Below, piece by piece: positions 32,162 through 33,667 of a stretch of 33,667 nt of DNA. Position 1 is the first letter of the stretch. Each line of letters opens with the position of its first letter. The stretch is taken from the NCBI GenBank assembly GCA_009783775.1, contig WRCT01000002.1, positions 1 to 33,667 of the forward strand, read 5' to 3'. The stretch is from Clostridiales bacterium (GTDB lineage: Bacteria > Bacillota > Clostridia > Christensenellales > CAG-138). The position numbers were made by a program, and so were the translations under genes. Below the pieces are notes generated by a model. It saw nothing but the letters and a program-made list of their open reading frames with translations, made no database searches and was not told the origin of the DNA.

Positions 32162-32196
32162 AAACTACAAACTACAATGTACAAACTACAATTGAT
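32162..32196. repeat. Heptamer array, A family (AAACTAC AAACTAC AATGTAC AAACTAC AATTGAT)
   Basis: Five tandem 7-nt units. On the minus strand the array runs directly into the GGGGGA RBS of the ModE-like gene. Confidence 0.8.
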
Positions 32197-32199
32197 GAT

Positions 32200-32218
32200 A
32201 AAACAGCACAGCTGTTTT
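32200..32218. terminator. Terminator-like hairpin (AAAACAGC-ACA-GCTGTTTT)
   Basis: An 8-bp stem followed by further Ts. Confidence 0.5.
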
Positions 32219-32236
32219 TTTGTTATATTTTTCAAG

Positions 32237-32255
32237 AAAACTGCAGAGCAGTTTT
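32237..32255. terminator. Terminator-like hairpin (AAAACTGC-AGA-GCAGTTTT)
   Basis: An 8-bp stem, 18 nt after the previous hairpin. It is the nearest hairpin downstream of the nucleotidyltransferase stop on the minus strand. Confidence 0.5.
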
Positions 32256-32261
32256 TTCCGC

Positions 32262-32293
32262 AATTGTAGTTTGTAGTTTGTACATTGTACATT
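32262..32293. repeat. Heptamer array, A family, inverted (AATT GTAGTTT GTAGTTT GTACATT GTACATT)
   Basis: Inverted partner of 32162-32196. It touches the stop codon of the nucleotidyltransferase gene. Confidence 0.8.
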
Positions 32294-33210
32294 CACGACC
32301 AAAGCCGCGCCGGATACCGCCCCTCAAGTTTCATCCGCGCCAACGCCTCCCGCATCGCGGGCAGGTCCTGCTGATAGGTCACGCCGTGCCAGTTGTCGGT
32401 CGTGCCCAGCACCTGCAGGCTCGCCCTGCCCTCCTGTACCAATTGGTCCGTCACGCGGGGCAGGAGGTACTCGCCTTTTGACGGGTTCTTTGGCACGTCC
32501 TCCGTCAAAAAGGCGGAAAAACGGCCTTTCAGCGCGTCAAAAAACCCGTGCTGATAGGCAAAGAGGTTCATGGACACCGTGGCGTTCGGGTCAAGCGGGT
32601 GCCAGGTCTCGCCGCCGTCCTCGGTATAGGCGGGCCCCTCGGGCCGCTTTTCAATGCGCAACCGCTCCGTCACGCGCAGCAGCCGTCCGTCCGCGCCCAC
32701 CTCGCACACGCCGCGCGCCACGCTGCCGCTTTCGGAGAGCGTGTTGGCAAGCAGATACCCCACCAGCGCGTGTTCCGTGGGTCCGTGCTCCGCCGAAAGA
32801 AAATCAAAGACCGCGCGGTACGCGCTTGCGCCGTAGAAGTCGTCCGCGTTTAGCACCGCGAAATTGCCCTCCACAAAGGGCGCGGCGCAGAGCACGGCAT
32901 GGGCGGTGCCCCAGGGTTTTTGCCGCCCCTCGGGCACAGAGAACCCGTCGGGCAGCATGGTCAGCTCCTGATAGGCGTAACACAGGTCAACGTGCGGCCT
33001 TATCCGCCTGCCGATGGCGTCTTCAAAGTCCGCCTCCATCTCTTTTTTGATGATGCAGACGACGGTCTCAAAACCGGCCCGTTTCGCGTCATAGACCGAA
33101 TAATCGCAGATCACGTGCCCCTCGGGATCCATGGGCGCCATTTGCTTTAGGCCCCCGAACCGGCTGCCCATGCCTGCGGCCATGATGACCAGGGCAGGTT
33201 TGTTTGTCAT
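32293..33210 (-). CDS. Sugar-phosphate nucleotidyltransferase-family protein (GT-A-like NTP transferase fold)
   Basis: 305 aa. The N-terminal motif LVIMAAGMGSRFGGLKQ matches the G-x-G-x-R NTP-transferase signature. An AAGGAGG RBS precedes the start. Confidence 0.75.
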   Translation of the reverse strand: MTNKPALVIMAAGMGSRFGGLKQMAPMDPEGHVICDYSVYDAKRAGFETVVCIIKKEMEADFEDAIGRRIRPHVDLCYAYQELTMLPDGFSVPEGRQKPWGTAHAVLCAAPFVEGNFAVLNADDFYGASAYRAVFDFLSAEHGPTEHALVGYLLANTLSESGSVARGVCEVGADGRLLRVTERLRIEKRPEGPAYTEDGGETWHPLDPNATVSMNLFAYQHGFFDALKGRFSAFLTEDVPKNPSKGEYLLPRVTDQLVQEGRASLQVLGTTDNWHGVTYQQDLPAMREALARMKLEGRYPARLWS

Positions 33211-33226
33211 GTGTCCTCCTTGCGGT

Positions 33227-33268
33227 AAATGATGAATGAGGAATGATGGGTGAGGAATGATGAATGAA
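33227..33268. repeat. Heptamer array, B family (AAATGAT GAATGAG GAATGAT GGGTGAG GAATGAT GAATGAA)
   Basis: Six tandem 7-nt units, upstream (in the minus sense) of the nucleotidyltransferase RBS. Confidence 0.8.
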
Positions 33269-33325
33269 GGAGGCTTTGCTGTGCAAATCTTTTAATGATA
33301 AGAAAAGCCGCCAGGGTTTTCTCCC

Positions 33326-33367
33326 TTCATTTATCACTCATAATTTATCATTCATCATTTTTCATTT
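33326..33367. repeat. Heptamer array, B family, inverted (TTCATTT ATCACTC ATAATTT ATCATTC ATCATTT TTCATTT)
   Basis: Six tandem 7-nt units forming an imperfect inverted partner of 33227-33268. It overlaps the stop codon of the GH13-like gene. Confidence 0.8.
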
Positions 33368-33667
33368 TGTTTTTATCTCCTCGATATGCCACTCTAATAT
33401 CAGCGCCTCATACGGCCCAAGTTCACAGTCTGCCGTTTGTCGGGTTGAGTTTCCCAAAAGCACCCGCCCCAAAATCGGCACGGCTACGCGCCGTGGGCTG
33501 AGGTTCACCGCCACGCCCACCGCGTCCTTTTTCTCGCCGCCCAAAAACGCGCGCTTTAAGGGGTTGCCGTTAAACCGCCGCGCGAAGCGAATGATCCGGC
33601 TATCATTCTGCAAGGGCCAAAAACCGCCCAGCTGCAGCGCGTCCGAACCGGCCCGCAGCGCCAGCAG
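33362..33667 (-). CDS. C-terminal fragment of a larger protein, probably a GH13 (alpha-amylase-family) C-terminal beta-sandwich; N-terminus lies off the right edge
   Basis: The frame is open from 33667 (LLALRAGSDALQLGGFWPLQNDSRIIRFARRFNG...VAVNLSPRRVAVP...CELGPYEALILEW). The pattern resembles the C-terminal end of GH13 enzymes (ALR...G.f..l....v.af.R......v.vN.s......l.PYE..IL). This is pattern recognition only. Confidence 0.45.
   Translation of the reverse strand: MLALRAGSDALQLGGFWPLQNDSRIIRFARRFNGNPLKRAFLGGEKKDAVGVAVNLSPRRVAVPILGRVLLGNSTRQTADCELGPYEALILEWHIEEIKTK

Noticed and set aside
28000-33400. CRISPR array or integron attC cassette array
   Set aside because: The repeat units are 7 nt in uninterrupted tandem, with no 25-40-nt repeats and no unique spacers. 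There are no cas genes, no IntI integrase and no GTTRRRY core sites. The cassette-like layout is therefore reported as a new repeat architecture instead.

Overview
GC-rich chromosomal segment that looks like a Clostridia (Oscillospiraceae-like) anaerobe, judged from GGAGG ribosome-binding sites, an anaerobic sulfatase maturase and dockerin modules. This taxonomic call is inference only. Gene content, left to right: (1) a GntR/HutC regulator and HAD hydrolase, divergent from a signal-peptide-less Cys-type sulfatase and a class II ketose-bisphosphate aldolase. (2) An 11-gene minus-strand run: Fe-ADH, amidohydrolase, BMP-type ABC transporter, DeoC-like aldolase, long-form transaldolase-like protein, DeoR regulator, TSUP exporter and anSME radical-SAM maturase. 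(3) A MerR/GyrI-like regulator flanked by two inverted copies of one 19-bp-spacer promoter, followed by VOC and uridine-phosphorylase-like genes. (4) A tRNA 3'-half fragment, a small GIY-YIG protein and an EamA transporter. (5) Two tandem secreted Endonuclease-I paralogs with Pro/Thr linkers and C-terminal dockerins, downstream of a Wzz / BY-kinase / PHP-phosphatase triad. (6) An AT-rich cassette holding an 80-aa acidic protein and a BspA-type LRR-dockerin protein. (7) A candidate redox module: NapH-like polyferredoxin, TlpA-like lipoprotein, an unannotated 44-aa CXXC peptide and a ModE-like HTH protein. (8) A nucleotidyltransferase and the 3' end of a GH13-like gene. The least explained signal is non-coding. 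Intergenic regions from about 28.0 to 33.4 kb, and at 19.77 kb, are built from three families of tandem 7-nt word arrays (AAACTAC, CTCCACT, GAATGAT). These arrays sit in inverted pairs around a conserved AAAAC(A/T)GC...GC(T/A)GTTTT hairpin and bracket individual genes or operons like cassettes. No CRISPR array, rRNA, intact tRNA, transposase or integrase was seen.
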